DNA of 64,000 nucleotides from Octopus vulgaris. Taxonomy: Eukaryota. The notes below the pieces were generated by a model. That model did not search any database, had not been told where the DNA came from, and worked only from the letters and a program-made list of their open reading frames with translations. Shown here piece after piece: positions 25,383 through 38,165 of the stretch. Location of the stretch: contig OX597820.1 of the NCBI GenBank assembly GCA_951406725.2, positions 35,836,001 to 35,900,000 of the forward strand, written 5' to 3'. Numbering within the stretch: position 1 is the stretch's first letter; each line of letters begins with the position of its first letter. The translations under genes were made by a program, and so were the position numbers.

Positions 25383-25596
25383 ATTCTTTCCTACTCTAGG
25401 CACAAGGCTCGAAATTTTGGGGGAGGAAACCAGTTGATTAGATCGACCTCAGTAAGCAACTCGTACTTAATTTATCGACCCCCGAAAGGATGAAAGGCAA
25501 AGTCAATCTCGGCGGAATTTGAACTCAGAACATGAAGACAGACGAAATGCCACTAAGCATTTCGCCCGGCGTGCTAACGTTTCTGCCAGTTCACCG
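25383..25596 (-). mobile_element. SINE family B, alternative tail
   Basis: Reverse complement of the B head and core with the CCCCAAAATTTCGAGCCTTGTGCCTAGAGTAG tail. Confidence 0.85.
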
Positions 25597-25628
25597 ATTT
25601 ATTTGAAAAGAATTTATAGAATATATCT

Positions 25629-25732
<104 letters not shown>

Positions 25733-26379
25733 TGATGTACGTATGTATGTATGTACTTACATACACACATGGACAATTCACGTATTTGCATTTAGTTAAA
25801 ATATAAATGAACCAAGATAAGGCTGAGAACCGCCAACGAAGAAAACATGTCAGCAACGTTATGTAAAGCGGATACAAACTGGAAGCTAACTAAACTGGTC
25901 AGACTAATTTTGCATTTGGGGCATTAGAATGCAGCGTGATAAAAATCTTGAATACATTATGCACCAAAGGCGTGCATGAAACAAAAGGAAATGTTTATGT
26001 AGTTAGTCTACATATTATAACGCCTACGTTGTGTATACATAGATTTTGTTATTGTAAATACTTATGCAACTAAGTAGGGTAACATCCTTGTTTTTATTCG
26101 TGCGATGAAAATAAAAGTATAAAACATAATGTTTATGTATTTTAATATGTAGGAAATACATGAATAGTAACGAAGTTTATGATTTACTACCTTATTTGCT
26201 AAAACAAATATTACATATAAATTTTGATAGCATCACTGTGTGCTAGTCTCGTTCAAAGATGGCGCTGGACATAAATCTAGTTCTGCGATGATGGTCATGG
26301 TTGAGGATCATCCAATGACAGTCAGCCAGGTTGAGGGTGATGACTTGTCCTAAAATAAACCCTGACTTGTTTGCTGTGC

Positions 26380-27230
26380 TTTTCTTTTTCCTTCCTTAAA
26401 AATATCAAAATCGTGAGCTAAAGCCTCGTTTAAACTCAACTTTACCGTGTCATTTTGCCACGGTTCACAGAGTTGGTTTTAGCGAGCGAGATATTGTTTA
26501 TAGGTATTAGTTTTATTTTATATATCAATTGTTTGCTTAATTGTTTTTTTACTATCTTCACAATACATTCCGAATAAAATCCTTCAGTTCATCAGAAGTA
26601 GACTTTGCCTTATCACAATTCATTACTCAACTCAGTGGAATGTTTTTTTCTAGTTCAAGTGATTCAGTCACAAAGTTAATGATGTTCCACTTATATATCA
26701 TGATCCACGTTTGTCGCATTTACTCTGGTAACTTGCTGCATTCAACATTTTTTTATATTTTCTCTGAATTCTTCAAGACCGTCGGAAAATCAGAGCCTTT
26801 TTATACGTTCATGTATTTTCTTAATCAGCTTCATCTTCAGTAGAAACACCTTCGCCTTACTCTTTTCTGTCGAGAATCACTTTTACAATATCATCTACTT
26901 TAACCAAATCAAATCCAGTTTCTCATGCAAACTTTAAAACTTATTGTATGGCGAAAGCGCCTTCTTCTGTCGGTTTTGCGATTCCTTGACTCAGATGAAA
27001 CATTCTTCAAAACTATATTTAAGCACAGATGCTTTTTTCCTGACTTGCCGATACTTGCATTCAAAATGTTAAATGACTGCCATTGATATTTTAGTTATAT
27101 CAGTGTGTCCACTTCTTAAAGAATTCTTAGATGTATCATATCTTGAAAGTCGTCATTTCGCCCTGTTCCGTCTGCTGCAGAATAGATTTTATGCTTTGAT
27201 GCAGCTAATGGATTGGAGAGTAATAATTGA
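26380..27230 (-). pseudogene. Possible highly decayed pogo/Tigger-like transposase C-terminal remnant
   Basis: Fragmentary minus-strand peptides (VLKFA*ETGFDLVKVDDIVK; LAR*NQLCEPW) resemble Tigger C-termini. No TIR or catalytic motif confirmed. Confidence 0.35.
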
Positions 27231-27235
27231 CCGTG

Positions 27236-27365
27236 TCCATGTTGGAGCACCGCCTTTTTAGTCGAGCAAATCGACCCCAGGACTTATTCTTTGTAAGCCT
27301 AGTACTTATTCTATCGTCTCTTTCGCTGAACCGCTAAGTTACGGTGACGTAAACACACCAGCATC

Positions 27366-27415
<50 letters not shown>

Positions 27416-28367
27416 TGTCTGTGTGTCTGTGTTTGTCCCCCCACTATCGCTTGACAACCGATGTTGGTATGTTTATATCCCCGTAACTTAGCGGTTCGGC
27501 AAAAGTGACCGATAAAATAAGTACTAGGCTTACAAAGAATAAGTCCTAGGGTCAATTTGTTCGACTAAAGACGCGATGCTTCTGCATGTCTGCAGGCAAA
27601 TGACTGAAACAAATAAAAGAATAAAGTGTGTAATTATGTATATGTATATGCACACACACACACACACGTTTTTGTATGTATGTATGTATGTATGTATGTA
27701 TGTATGTATGTATGTATGTATGTATGTATGTATGTATGTACGTATGTATATCTCTCTCTTTACTCTTTTACTCTTTTACTTGTTTCAGACATTTGTCTGC
27801 GGCCACGCTGGATCACCACCTTTTAGTCGAGCAAATCGACCCCGGGACGTATTCTTTGTAAGCCTAGTACTTATTCTATCGGTCTCTTTTGCCGAACCGC
27901 TAAGTGACGGGGACGTAAACACACCAGTATCGGTTGCCAAGCAATGCTAGGGGGACAAACACAGACACACAAACACACACATACATATATATATATACGA
28001 CATACAATGGGCTTCTTTCAGTTTCCGTCTACCAAATCCACTCACAAGGCATTGGTCGGCCCGGGGCTATAGCAGAAGACATTTGCCCAAGATGCCACGC
28101 AGTGGGACTGAACCCGGGACCATGTGGTTGGTTAGCAAGCTACTTACCACACAGCCACTCCTGCGCCTATATACACAAATACATATATATAAATACATAT
28201 ATACGACGGGCTTCTTTCAGTTTCCGTCTACCAAATCCACTCACAAGGCTTTTGTCGGCCCGAGGCTATAGTAGAAGACACTAACCCAAGGTGCCACGCA
28301 GTGGGACTGAACCCGGAACCATGTGGTTGGTAAGCAGGCTACTTACCACACAGCCACTCCTATGCCT
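27236..28367. mobile_element. Cluster of SINE A pieces: (-)27236-27366, (+)27420-27622, (-)27755-28168, extra (-) head 28202-28367
   Basis: Each piece matches family A directly. Confidence 0.9.
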
Positions 28368-29510
28368 ATGTATGTATGTATGTATGTATGCATGTATGTA
28401 TGTATGTATGTATGTATGTATGTATGTATGTATGTATGTATGTATGTATGTATGTATGAATGTATGTATGTATATTAAAAAGAAAGAACGGGAAAGAAAA
28501 GTGATGTTGTAGAAGTCAGTCTTGGCACAGACAACGGGCCAAAAGCGGAAGCTTCTATGCGTCTCTTGGTCTGCAAAATGTTTTGCAAATAACTTGCACA
28601 TGCTACCAGTGTTACCAGTCGAAAGTTCCGCATACGGGAAGCCAGCAAGTGTATGGGATCACCAGGAGAGAATTTGCGCCATTTCGGGGCCTACCTTCCA
28701 GCGGCATCATTACGCACCGGCCCCGCGTCACTGAAATGCGGCCCCCGCTTTCGAGATAAATAGCAGTAGAATCTTTCTCAATTTCCATTCTATATTATCT
28801 TCTTTAAAAAGACAGGTTAATGCCAGAAACTATGTGTATAATAAAAAACATATGAAAGAAAAAAATAAAAGCAAAACGGTGTTGAAACTGGAACGATTTT
28901 GATCAGATAACTGTTCCTGTTTGGTTGACCTTGTGTTAAACAACAACAACATTCAGACAAACTGATATACTTGAACGTGTGTCTGCGTATGTGTATGTGA
29001 GTATGTGTGTATATGTGTGCCCTTGTGTGTTTTTCATGTATTTGTATGTGTGTGTGTGTAAGTGTGTGCGTATGTGCATGTGTGTGTGTGTTTGTGTGTT
29101 TTTGTGTGTATATATATATGTACATTAGTGTATGTGTTTTGCGTGTATGTATAACTGAAGAAACGCTAAAGTCATTGTCACCTGACCGAACACGAGTCAC
29201 GTGGAATCACACAAGTTGCTGGATAAGGATGTTGAGGCTTCACATATCGTTTATTTTAGATGTTCACTTCCGTCTTTCCTTCTTTCACTATTTACTTGAT
29301 TGTGCGCTCAAACTTTATCCCCTTTCCCTCTCTCTTTCTCCCTCTCACACACACAAACACACACACACACACACACACACACGTATATATATATATATAT
29401 ATACATATCTCAACCTCACAACGTTTGCTTCTGTCAATCATCTCTTATATCATTTCATGTTTTTTTCTTTCACCTTAAAATAGCTAAACTTATCTCAGTT
29501 GCCTCTGTGC

Positions 29511-29557
<47 letters not shown>

Positions 29558-29752
29558 TGTATGTGTGTGTATGTGCGTGTGTGTCTGTGTCTGTGTGTAT
29601 GTGTGAGAGAGAGAATGTGTATGTGTGTGTGAGTGTGAGTATATGTCTTTGCTTGCGTGTTTATGTGGTCTGTGCGAGCATATGTACATGTGTGTATTGG
29701 TTTGTACATAGATAAGATAGACAGACAGACAGACAACCATATAGCCAGACAA

Positions 29753-29849
<97 letters not shown>

Positions 29850-30214
29850 GATACAGATATAAACACATACAGATAGACAGATAGATAGATAGATAAGAAA
29901 AGAAAAGATAAGATAAGATAAGATTGGATCAGATTAGATCTGATATTCCCGTCTCCACATATCTTTCCTCAACGTCTATTGAGAAAAATGTTCTTGTTGC
30001 TCTAGGTGGAGCATAATAACATTCTATATTGTAGACCCAAACCAAATACAGCCACAATAGAAACTAGAATAATATGCTAAAATAAATTATGAATCTTTGA
30101 TTTACCTCGACTTTAACGTTTTACTGAATTCAAAATACAGTTTCGTCAATGAGTAAAATGAGGACAGCGTCACTCTGGCGCAATAAATAAGTTATTGGTC
30201 ATCTGTTATTACAC

Positions 30215-30397
30215 GGTGTAGTATCGATTCCTGGACCGGGCGACGCGTTGTGTTCTTGAGCAAAACACTGCATTTCACGTTGTTCCAGTCCACTCAGCTG
30301 GCAAAAATGAGTAACGCTGCGATGGACCGGCGTCCCGTCCAGGTGGGGAATTTCTACGCCACTGAAACCGGGAGCCTGGCATGGCTCGAATAGGAGC
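30215..30397 (+). mobile_element. SINE family D, tail variant 2
   Basis: CORE-like TTGTGTTCTTGAGCAAAACACT...CAGTCCACTCAGCTGGCAAAAATGAGTA, then GGACCGGCGTCC as at 63527-63760. Confidence 0.7.
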
Positions 30398-30398
30398 A

Positions 30399-30432
<34 letters not shown>

Positions 30433-30711
30433 CACACGGTATATAAAGGCTGCTCCATCGTCTTCCAGCATATACACAACACTGTTTGAACTTATTCATT
30501 TATTCATACCATTGTTCCAGTCATTGGACTGCAGCCCTGTTGGGGGCAGTCTCTTGGAGGATTTTAGTAGAACAAAAATCGACCCCGGTACTTATTTTAA
30601 ATCTGGTACTCTTATTATCGGTGTCTTCTCATCTAACTGCAGTTAAGAGAACGCAAAGAAACCAACACCGGTTGTCAAGCAGTGGGAGCACAAGCACAAC
30701 AGACTCACACA

Positions 30712-30743
<32 letters not shown>

Positions 30744-31139
30744 AGATATACACACACAAAACACACATATATATGACTACATGCGCATGTTTGTGTTTAT
30801 GTGTGTGTGTGTGTGTGTGTGTGTGTGAGCGCGCGCGTATGTGCGTTAGTATAAAATATTATTAACAACAACAGCAACAGCAGCAGCAGCAACAACAGCA
30901 GTAAAGGTTTAACGGGAGAGAATATAAGCTTTGCAGCTACAATATAAATGATTTGCCCCCATTAGCAAATAGCTTGGCTACTTCGGTCAACGATATGAGC
31001 ATCACCACAAACAATAGCATCACCACAAACAATCGATTAACACCAACAGGAACAGCATCAGCAGCAAAAACGATATAGTCAACACTAATAAAACAGCAAC
31101 AATAAAAACATGAAAGGCGATGAGCGATTACACAAGTTG

Positions 31140-31397
31140 CAGTTCGCCCGGTTTGGGTGGTCTACACTATGAATTCTATGTATTCATGCCAGATTTGTTT
31201 GGCGACCTCTTTGGCAGATGGAGAGAATTCCTAGTACTGTTAGCAGAGGTCTGGTGACACTGCTGAAGGATGACGCCAACAATGGAGACGTACTAGAGAA
31301 TTTTCGGTCCATAACTCTCCTAAACACAGAGTTAAAGGTTTTGGCCAATGTTTTAGCAAAAGGGTTGGCGCTTGTCGTTGGTAGCCGAGTCGGAGAA
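31140..31397 (+). pseudogene. L1/Tx1-clade LINE reverse transcriptase N-terminal fragment
   Basis: SSPGLGGLHYEFY and RGLVTLLKD...ENFRSITLLNTELKVLANVLAKGL match the KSPGxDG and NxRPIxLLNxDxKIL motifs. Confidence 0.8.
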
Positions 31398-31415
31398 GCG
31401 CTCTTAACTACTACA

Positions 31416-31525
31416 CCGCGCTCTTAACCACTACACCATATGCCAACGGGTATATGGCGTAGTGGTTAAGAGCGCGGGCTACTAACCCCAAGATTCCGAG
31501 TTCGATGCCAAGCAGTGACTTGAAC

Positions 31526-31590
<65 letters not shown>

Positions 31591-31595
31591 TAATA

Positions 31596-31667
<72 letters not shown>

Positions 31668-32015
31668 TCGTATGGTTCTTTAGGCATTCACTAGTACAAC
31701 ACTAAGTACCAAACCAAATATATGGCACCCTAGGCATAACACCAACATGAACTTCCAACTTGTTGTCTCTTGAGGTCTCTGGGTTAGACTTGGAGCCAGC
31801 TTGTTCAAATGTAAAGCAAAAGTCAAACATAGAATAATAATAATAGCAATAACAATAACAACAACGACATCGAAAAATACCTTAGGAATGAGAACCCAGG
31901 TTCGAAATTTCCCCAAGACACCTGAAGAAGGCTGGAGGGTTTATCAGCCGAAACGTTGTGTCAACAACAAACAAGATGAGGACAAATATCCGTCGAATGT
32001 AAATAATGTAAATAA
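31416..32015 (+). mobile_element. Composite element F copy 1: fold-back tRNA-like head, (AAT)n, HHR tail
   Basis: A box TGGCGTAGTGG, B box GAGTTCGATGCC, (AAT)n, then the tail 31868-32015 with HHR. Same module order as 57270-58597. Confidence 0.7.
31917..31962 (+). ncRNA. Minimal type I hammerhead ribozyme motif
   Basis: GACAC-CUGAAGA-A-GGCUG(GAGGGUUUAU)CAGCC-GAA-ACGU-U-GUGUC, with perfect 5 bp stems I and II. Confidence 0.75.
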
Positions 32016-32414
32016 CAGACCAATCTGTTTTATTTGACTTAGGAAAACTTTCCAGCGGAAATTCACAGAACTCTTCTGCCCAGTATATATGAGGCAGCCA
32101 TATTGCCTGCCCTCTCAATGGAGTGTGTATTTCTATGGAATTAGTTTATCGAGCTAATGTTTCTTTTGCAAATAACAGAAACAAAATGTTATATAGGACT
32201 AACTAAAATCCCTTTCAAAAAGATTCTCACACCATAGGCCTACATTCAGGAAGATAACATGCTGCATGTCTATTAAAATACAACTACGGTTTAAGCAGGG
32301 AATAAAAATTAAACGTAATTATCTCAAAACACCTCAAATTATATTCCTCCAATAGAACACGATGGTTATAAAATGGTAAATATCTAATATTTCATTTATG
32401 TGGCTTATACTATT

Positions 32415-32820
32415 ACTCTCTTTTACTCTTTTACTTGTTTCAGTCATTTGATGCGGCCATGCTTTAATCGAGCAAATCGACCCCGGCACTTATTCTTTTG
32501 TAAGCCCAGTACTTATTCTATCGGTCTCTTTTGCCGAACCGCAAAGTGATGGGGACGTAAACACACCAGCATCGGTTGTCAAGCAATGCTAGGGAGACAA
32601 ACACAGAAACACAAACACAGACACACATACATATATATATATACATATACATATATACGACAGGCTTCTTTCAGTTTCCGTCTACCAAATCCACTCACAA
32701 GGCATTGGTCGGCCCGGGGCTATAGCAGAAGACACTTGCCCAAGATGCCACGCAGTGGGACTGAACCCGGAACCATGTGGTTGGTTAGCAAGCTACTTAC
32801 CACACAGCCACTCCTGCGCC
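32415..32820 (-). mobile_element. SINE family A
   Basis: Full-length reverse copy. Confidence 0.9.
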
Positions 32821-32952
32821 TATACGAGGTCCATTTTTCCAGTTTGTTTTCATCGTATAAATATTTAGTCATAACACCTACTACTTATGATGAAATATCT
32901 CGCTTACGTGGGATACAATTGTACTACCTAGGTTCACATGTTTCTATATATT

Positions 32953-33054
<102 letters not shown>

Positions 33055-33519
33055 CATTATTATTTTTATTATTATCATTATTATTTTTATTATTATCATT
33101 ATTATTATTATTGAGAGAGCAGTGCATATCATCAAAGTGACACTGGGGTAAAATATACGAAGCCCAGTATACCCATCATGTCTATCCTTGCAGGTGGGGC
33201 CCAGGTAGAAGTTTCTTCAGGTCAAGTAGCCAGTCCCACTTGAAATATCCCTGAAGGGTTATTTAAAGATGTTCAACACACAGGTTTCCAGAGGTGAGTT
33301 ATTCAAACCCCAAGGAATTCCTCTAAACACATAGTTATGATGCTCCCAGCCACTACTTCTGCTTGTGATCAGAGATGCACATATTGTCAGCCACTAAGAG
33401 ACATGTTCAACTGGTTAAGGTCAAACACCTGACAGCAGCAAGTCTGTGGTATTGAGCATAATATTTACTTAGCCCATTTTTTATACCAAGACATTGTTGC
33501 TGTTGTTGTTGTTGTTGTT

Positions 33520-34088
33520 AAGGCGGCGAGCTGGCAGAAACGTTAGCACGCTGGGCGAAATGCTAAGTGGTATTTCGTCTGCCGCTACGTTCTGAGTTCA
33601 AATTCCGCCGAGGTCGACTTTGCCTTTCATCCTTTCGGGGTCGATAAATTAAGTACCAGTTACGCACTGGGGTCGATGTAATCGACTTAATACCTATGTC
33701 TGTCCTTGTTTGTCCCCTCTGTGTTTAGCCCCTTGTGGGTAATAAAGAAATAGGTATTTCGTCTGCCGCTACGTCCTGAATTCAAACTCCGCCGAGGTCA
33801 ACTTTGTCATTCATCCATTCGGGGTCGATTAAATAAGTACCAGTTACGCACTGGAGTCGATATAGTCGACTTAATCCGTTTGTCTGCCCTTTTTTGTCCA
33901 CTCTATGTTTAGCCCCTTGTGGATAGTAAAGAAATAGGTATATCGTCTGCCGCTACGTTCTGAATTCAAATTCCGCCGAGGTCGACTTCACCTTTCATCC
34001 TCACGGGGTCGATTAGATAAGTACCAGTTACCCACTGGGGTCGATATAATCGACTTAATCCCTTCCCCCAATTTTGATGCCTTGTGCT
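33520..34088 (+). mobile_element. SINE family B with triplicated body
   Basis: GGTATWTCGTCTGCCGCTACG restarts at about 33569, 33753 and 33937 (period about 184 bp). Confidence 0.9.
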
Positions 34089-34371
34089 TCTAGTAGAAAG
34101 GATTATTCCTATTGTTATTATTGTTGTTGTTTGGTTGGTTGTAGTGTGTAAACGTGCAACCTGAGACAGCGGTGGAAATAGTTATGAGAAGAAACCACTG
34201 GTGATGAAATCACAACCAAGAATATTTAGATTCTTGCTCTGGCGCAAGTAAGTTGAAGAAGAGTTAAAGGGACACCTCTTACGAGAGCGACACTGCTCTT
34301 TCAACACTATATTATTTTATTTAAAAAGCATCGGCGAAAAAAACTGGCAGGCAAAAATATACACATTCCCT

Positions 34372-34427
<56 letters not shown>

Positions 34428-34499
34428 ACCAGGAGCGCGCTTCTTGCGATTTGTCGGCGTTGACTTTAGCCCCTGCAACCGACTCATATTCCTCTAGGA

Positions 34500-34548
<49 letters not shown>

Positions 34549-34761
34549 TGCGTGTGTGCGCGCGTGCGCATGAATGCGTGTATGTGTGTATGTGTGCGTG
34601 TCTATGTGTAGTAAAAATAATAATAATCCATGGATGGAATTTTCAAATATTTTAAAGTATCGCTACACACGTTTCCACAAAGTTTCTGCTTTTGTGACTA
34701 TATATCATATACATTTATGTGTGTGTGTGTATACATATATAAATACACACACACACATATA

Positions 34762-34820
<59 letters not shown>

Positions 34821-35183
34821 TTTTTTTTTTTTTTTTTTTTTTTTTTGTACTTGTTTCAGTCATTTGACTGCGGCCATGCTGGAGCACCGCCTTTAGAGTG
34901 ATGAAAGAGTACAGCAGGGATCACCACCTCCTGCCGGAGCCTCGTGGAGCTTTTAGGTGTTTTTTTCGCTCAATAAACACACACAACGCCCGGTCTGGGA
35001 ATCGAAACCGCGATCCTCCGACCGCAAGTCCGCTGCCCTAACCACTAGGCCATATATATATATATCCAAATATATATACATGACTGTATATACCTTTCTG
35101 TATATTGCTAACCCGCATACATACATACATACATACATACATACATACATACATACATACATACATACATACATACATACACA

Positions 35184-35236
<53 letters not shown>

Positions 35237-35413
35237 GCATATATTTATGCATATACATTCATTGTTATATACACATCTACATAAACGTGTACACACGTAC
35301 TAAATATAGTGTTTGATGAATGGTGTTTAACTGCTAGCTGAACAAAACACAGGTAATTAACTATTTCCTGGCACGTGCAGCGCATTATGAACATATTTAT
35401 TATGCATATATTG

Positions 35414-35445
<32 letters not shown>

Positions 35446-35483
35446 CGTGCGTGCATATATGTATGTGTATGTATATAAATATA

Positions 35484-35559
<76 letters not shown>

Positions 35560-35615
35560 GTCTTCCTTCCTTTTCTACTCAACAGCCCTCGCTACCAACC
35601 ATTTCCCTAATGGTC

Positions 35616-35646
<31 letters not shown>

Positions 35647-36327
35647 CCTAACTCTAACTATCAACCTACCAATTACTCTGTCTGTTAATCTTCTTATCTC
35701 TACCCACCTCTCTTCTTCATCGCTACCATCACCACGACCACCACCACCACCACCACCACCATCAACACAACCAAAACCACTGTCACTACAACCCACCACC
35801 ACCACCAACAACACCATAACCAATAACACTATTACAACCACTTCGACGATTACCACCACTCCCACTTCATCAGCATCACCACCACCACCACCACTACAAT
35901 CACCAACACCAACACTACTACCACAATCACTACAACCCCCACAAGAACGTCAGCATTTGCATCTTGTTCAAAGTGCTAGAAATAGCAGTCAAACCTAAAA
36001 TTATAGGAGTGCAAATTAAACAAAGCAGTCATAGATACTCCAAGTCTATCCGAAAAAAAAAAAAAGACAGGATAGTCACAATTAGAATGCCATGAGGGTT
36101 AGCCTGGGGCTAAACAATACCAACAACAGCGTGGAGGCGCAATGGCCCAGTGGTTAGGGGGGCGGACACGCGGTCGTAAGAACGCGGTTTCGATTCCCAG
36201 ACTGGGCATTGTGAGTGTTTATTGAGCAAAGCACCTAAGTACCACGAGGCTCCGGCGGGTGGGGTGGCGAACCCCGCTGTACTCTTTCATCACAATTTTC
36301 TCTCACTCTTTCTTCCTGTTTCTGCCG

Positions 36328-36704
36328 CAAAGCAGAGGAACCATGGTATAACCCACTATGGTGTGGTAAACTTTCAGACCCTAGTCTAGATTGCGAACCC
36401 TCTGTACCCAAGGATGGTTCGGCTCTCCATCCGTTAAAAGCCACCGTCTTATAGCTTAGAGTAGGCTCGAATTAGAGATTATTCTTTGTGGCTAATGGCG
36501 TGAGTCCTGATTGGAAGAAGAAGAAGAAGAAGAAGAAGAAGAAGAAGAAGAAGAAGAAGAAGAAGAAGAAGAAGAAGAAGAAGAAGAAGAAGAAGAAGAA
36601 GAAGAAGAAGAAGAAGAAGAAGAAGAAGAAGAAGAAGAAGAAGAAGAAGAAGAAGAAGAAGAAGAAGAAGAAGAAGAAGAAGAAGAAGAAGAAGAAGAAG
36701 AAGA
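36328..36704 (+). mobile_element. 5'-truncated retro-insertion with a pure (GAA)63 tail
   Basis: About 185 bp of unique sequence, then (GAA)n at 36514-36702. CTGCCG lies on both sides (36322-36327, 36705-36710). Confidence 0.6.
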
Positions 36705-36937
36705 CTGCCGTTTGATTATAGTTCTGTTGATTTTGAGGACGATCTGAGGATGCAAAACGATGACAACAACAGTTACTGCAAAAAAGGATGTGTGCATAAA
36801 CGCAAGCGTGGCTGTATTGTAAAGAAACTTGCTTCCCAGCTATGTTTTAGGGCTCGATCCCACTGCGAGACACCTTGGGCATGTGTCTTCTCCTAAGCCC
36901 TCCGGTTGACCAACGTCTTGTGAGTGGATTTTATGTG

Positions 36938-37215
36938 TTTCAGTGATTAGACTGAGGCCATGCTGGAGTACCGCCTTGAATTTTTAATCGAATGAATCGA
37001 CAGCAGGACTTATTTTTCTAAGCCTGGTACTTATTCACTCGGCTCTTTTGACGGACCGCTAAGTTACGGGTACGTAAATACATCAACACCGGTTGTCAAA
37101 GCGGTGATGAGGGGACAAACACAGATACAAACACACACACACATATCTCTTATATAAAATCCATTCAGTCTGTCTGTCTGTGTGTGCGTCTTCTCGGATC
37201 TCGGGCGTTTTGCTC

Positions 37216-37292
<77 letters not shown>

Positions 37293-37405
37293 TATACGAC
37301 GGGTTTCTTTCAGTTTCCGCCTACCAAATCCACTGACAAGGTTTTAATCAACCCCAGGAAATAGTGGCCCAAGGTGCCATGCGGTGGAACTCAACCCGTA
37401 ACTAT
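36938..37405 (-). mobile_element. Diverged SINE A containing a Helitron-like 5' fragment (37146-37216)
   Basis: A tail and head flank TCTCTTATATAAAATCCATTCAGTCTGTCTGTC, which resembles the Helitron starts at 2551 and 55970. Confidence 0.65.
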
Positions 37406-37842
37406 GTACTTGGGAAGCAAGCTTCTTTTATTCATATAATTTGCCACAGATGTAACTGCGGGCTGGACATTTACATTAATGAGATGAAATGATAAACGAA
37501 ATTATGATATTAATGAGAGGAGCAAAACGACTCCCGTCGATCGAATCCCCTCGAGAACGCTGTTCTTTTTTTTTTTTTTTATTTAAAAAAACAAAAAAAA
37601 CACACAAATGAGGTAATGAACCTCTTACATTAACATAAATTGAGACGCTAAGCCTCTTATCAATCATCCCCGATCAAATCTCTTGCCGCCTACAGGCAAT
37701 CTTGCAGCAGCAAAACGGGGACCTGTGTGGTAAGAAGCAAGCTCCTATTCCATTATGCTAGCCGCAGTTTAATGATGCTGACTGGTGAACCAGTTTTTGG
37801 GGGTTGCATCGAGCTTTACCGATATAATGTAAGATAAACATA

Positions 37843-37881
<39 letters not shown>

Positions 37882-37906
37882 AGGGTTAAACATATACTAA
37901 TGTTAT

Positions 37907-38031
37907 ATCGCCTGAAAAAATGAATCCCTGAAGATGAGCTATCTGATGTCCGCCGACTACACTGCAGTCATCCCAGGAATACAGACTGTGATCTTAAGAG
38001 ACATATGATTTGTGGAAACGCGCATAGCGAT
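37907..38031 (+). ncRNA. Decayed hammerhead-like motif with long stem II domain
   Basis: AUCGC-CUGAAAA-A-AUGAAUC...GAUUUGU-G-GAA-ACGCGCAU-A-GCGAU. Confidence 0.5.
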
Positions 38032-38127
38032 GCATCAAAATATTTATAAATTCCATTTAAGAATTATTGTCATTATTACATTTTTCACACGCACGCACGC
38101 ACACACACACACACACATACACACATA

Positions 38128-38165
<38 letters not shown>

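Noticed and set aside
28490-28750. Cys-rich peptide resembling a piggyBac C-terminal domain or an exon
   Set aside because: Needs frameshifts, with no clear motif or splice sites; unsupported without a search.
31449-31525. Functional tRNA gene (also 22590-22660 and 44014-44083)
   Set aside because: A/B boxes are present but acceptor and anticodon stems do not close; these are SINE heads or pseudogenes.
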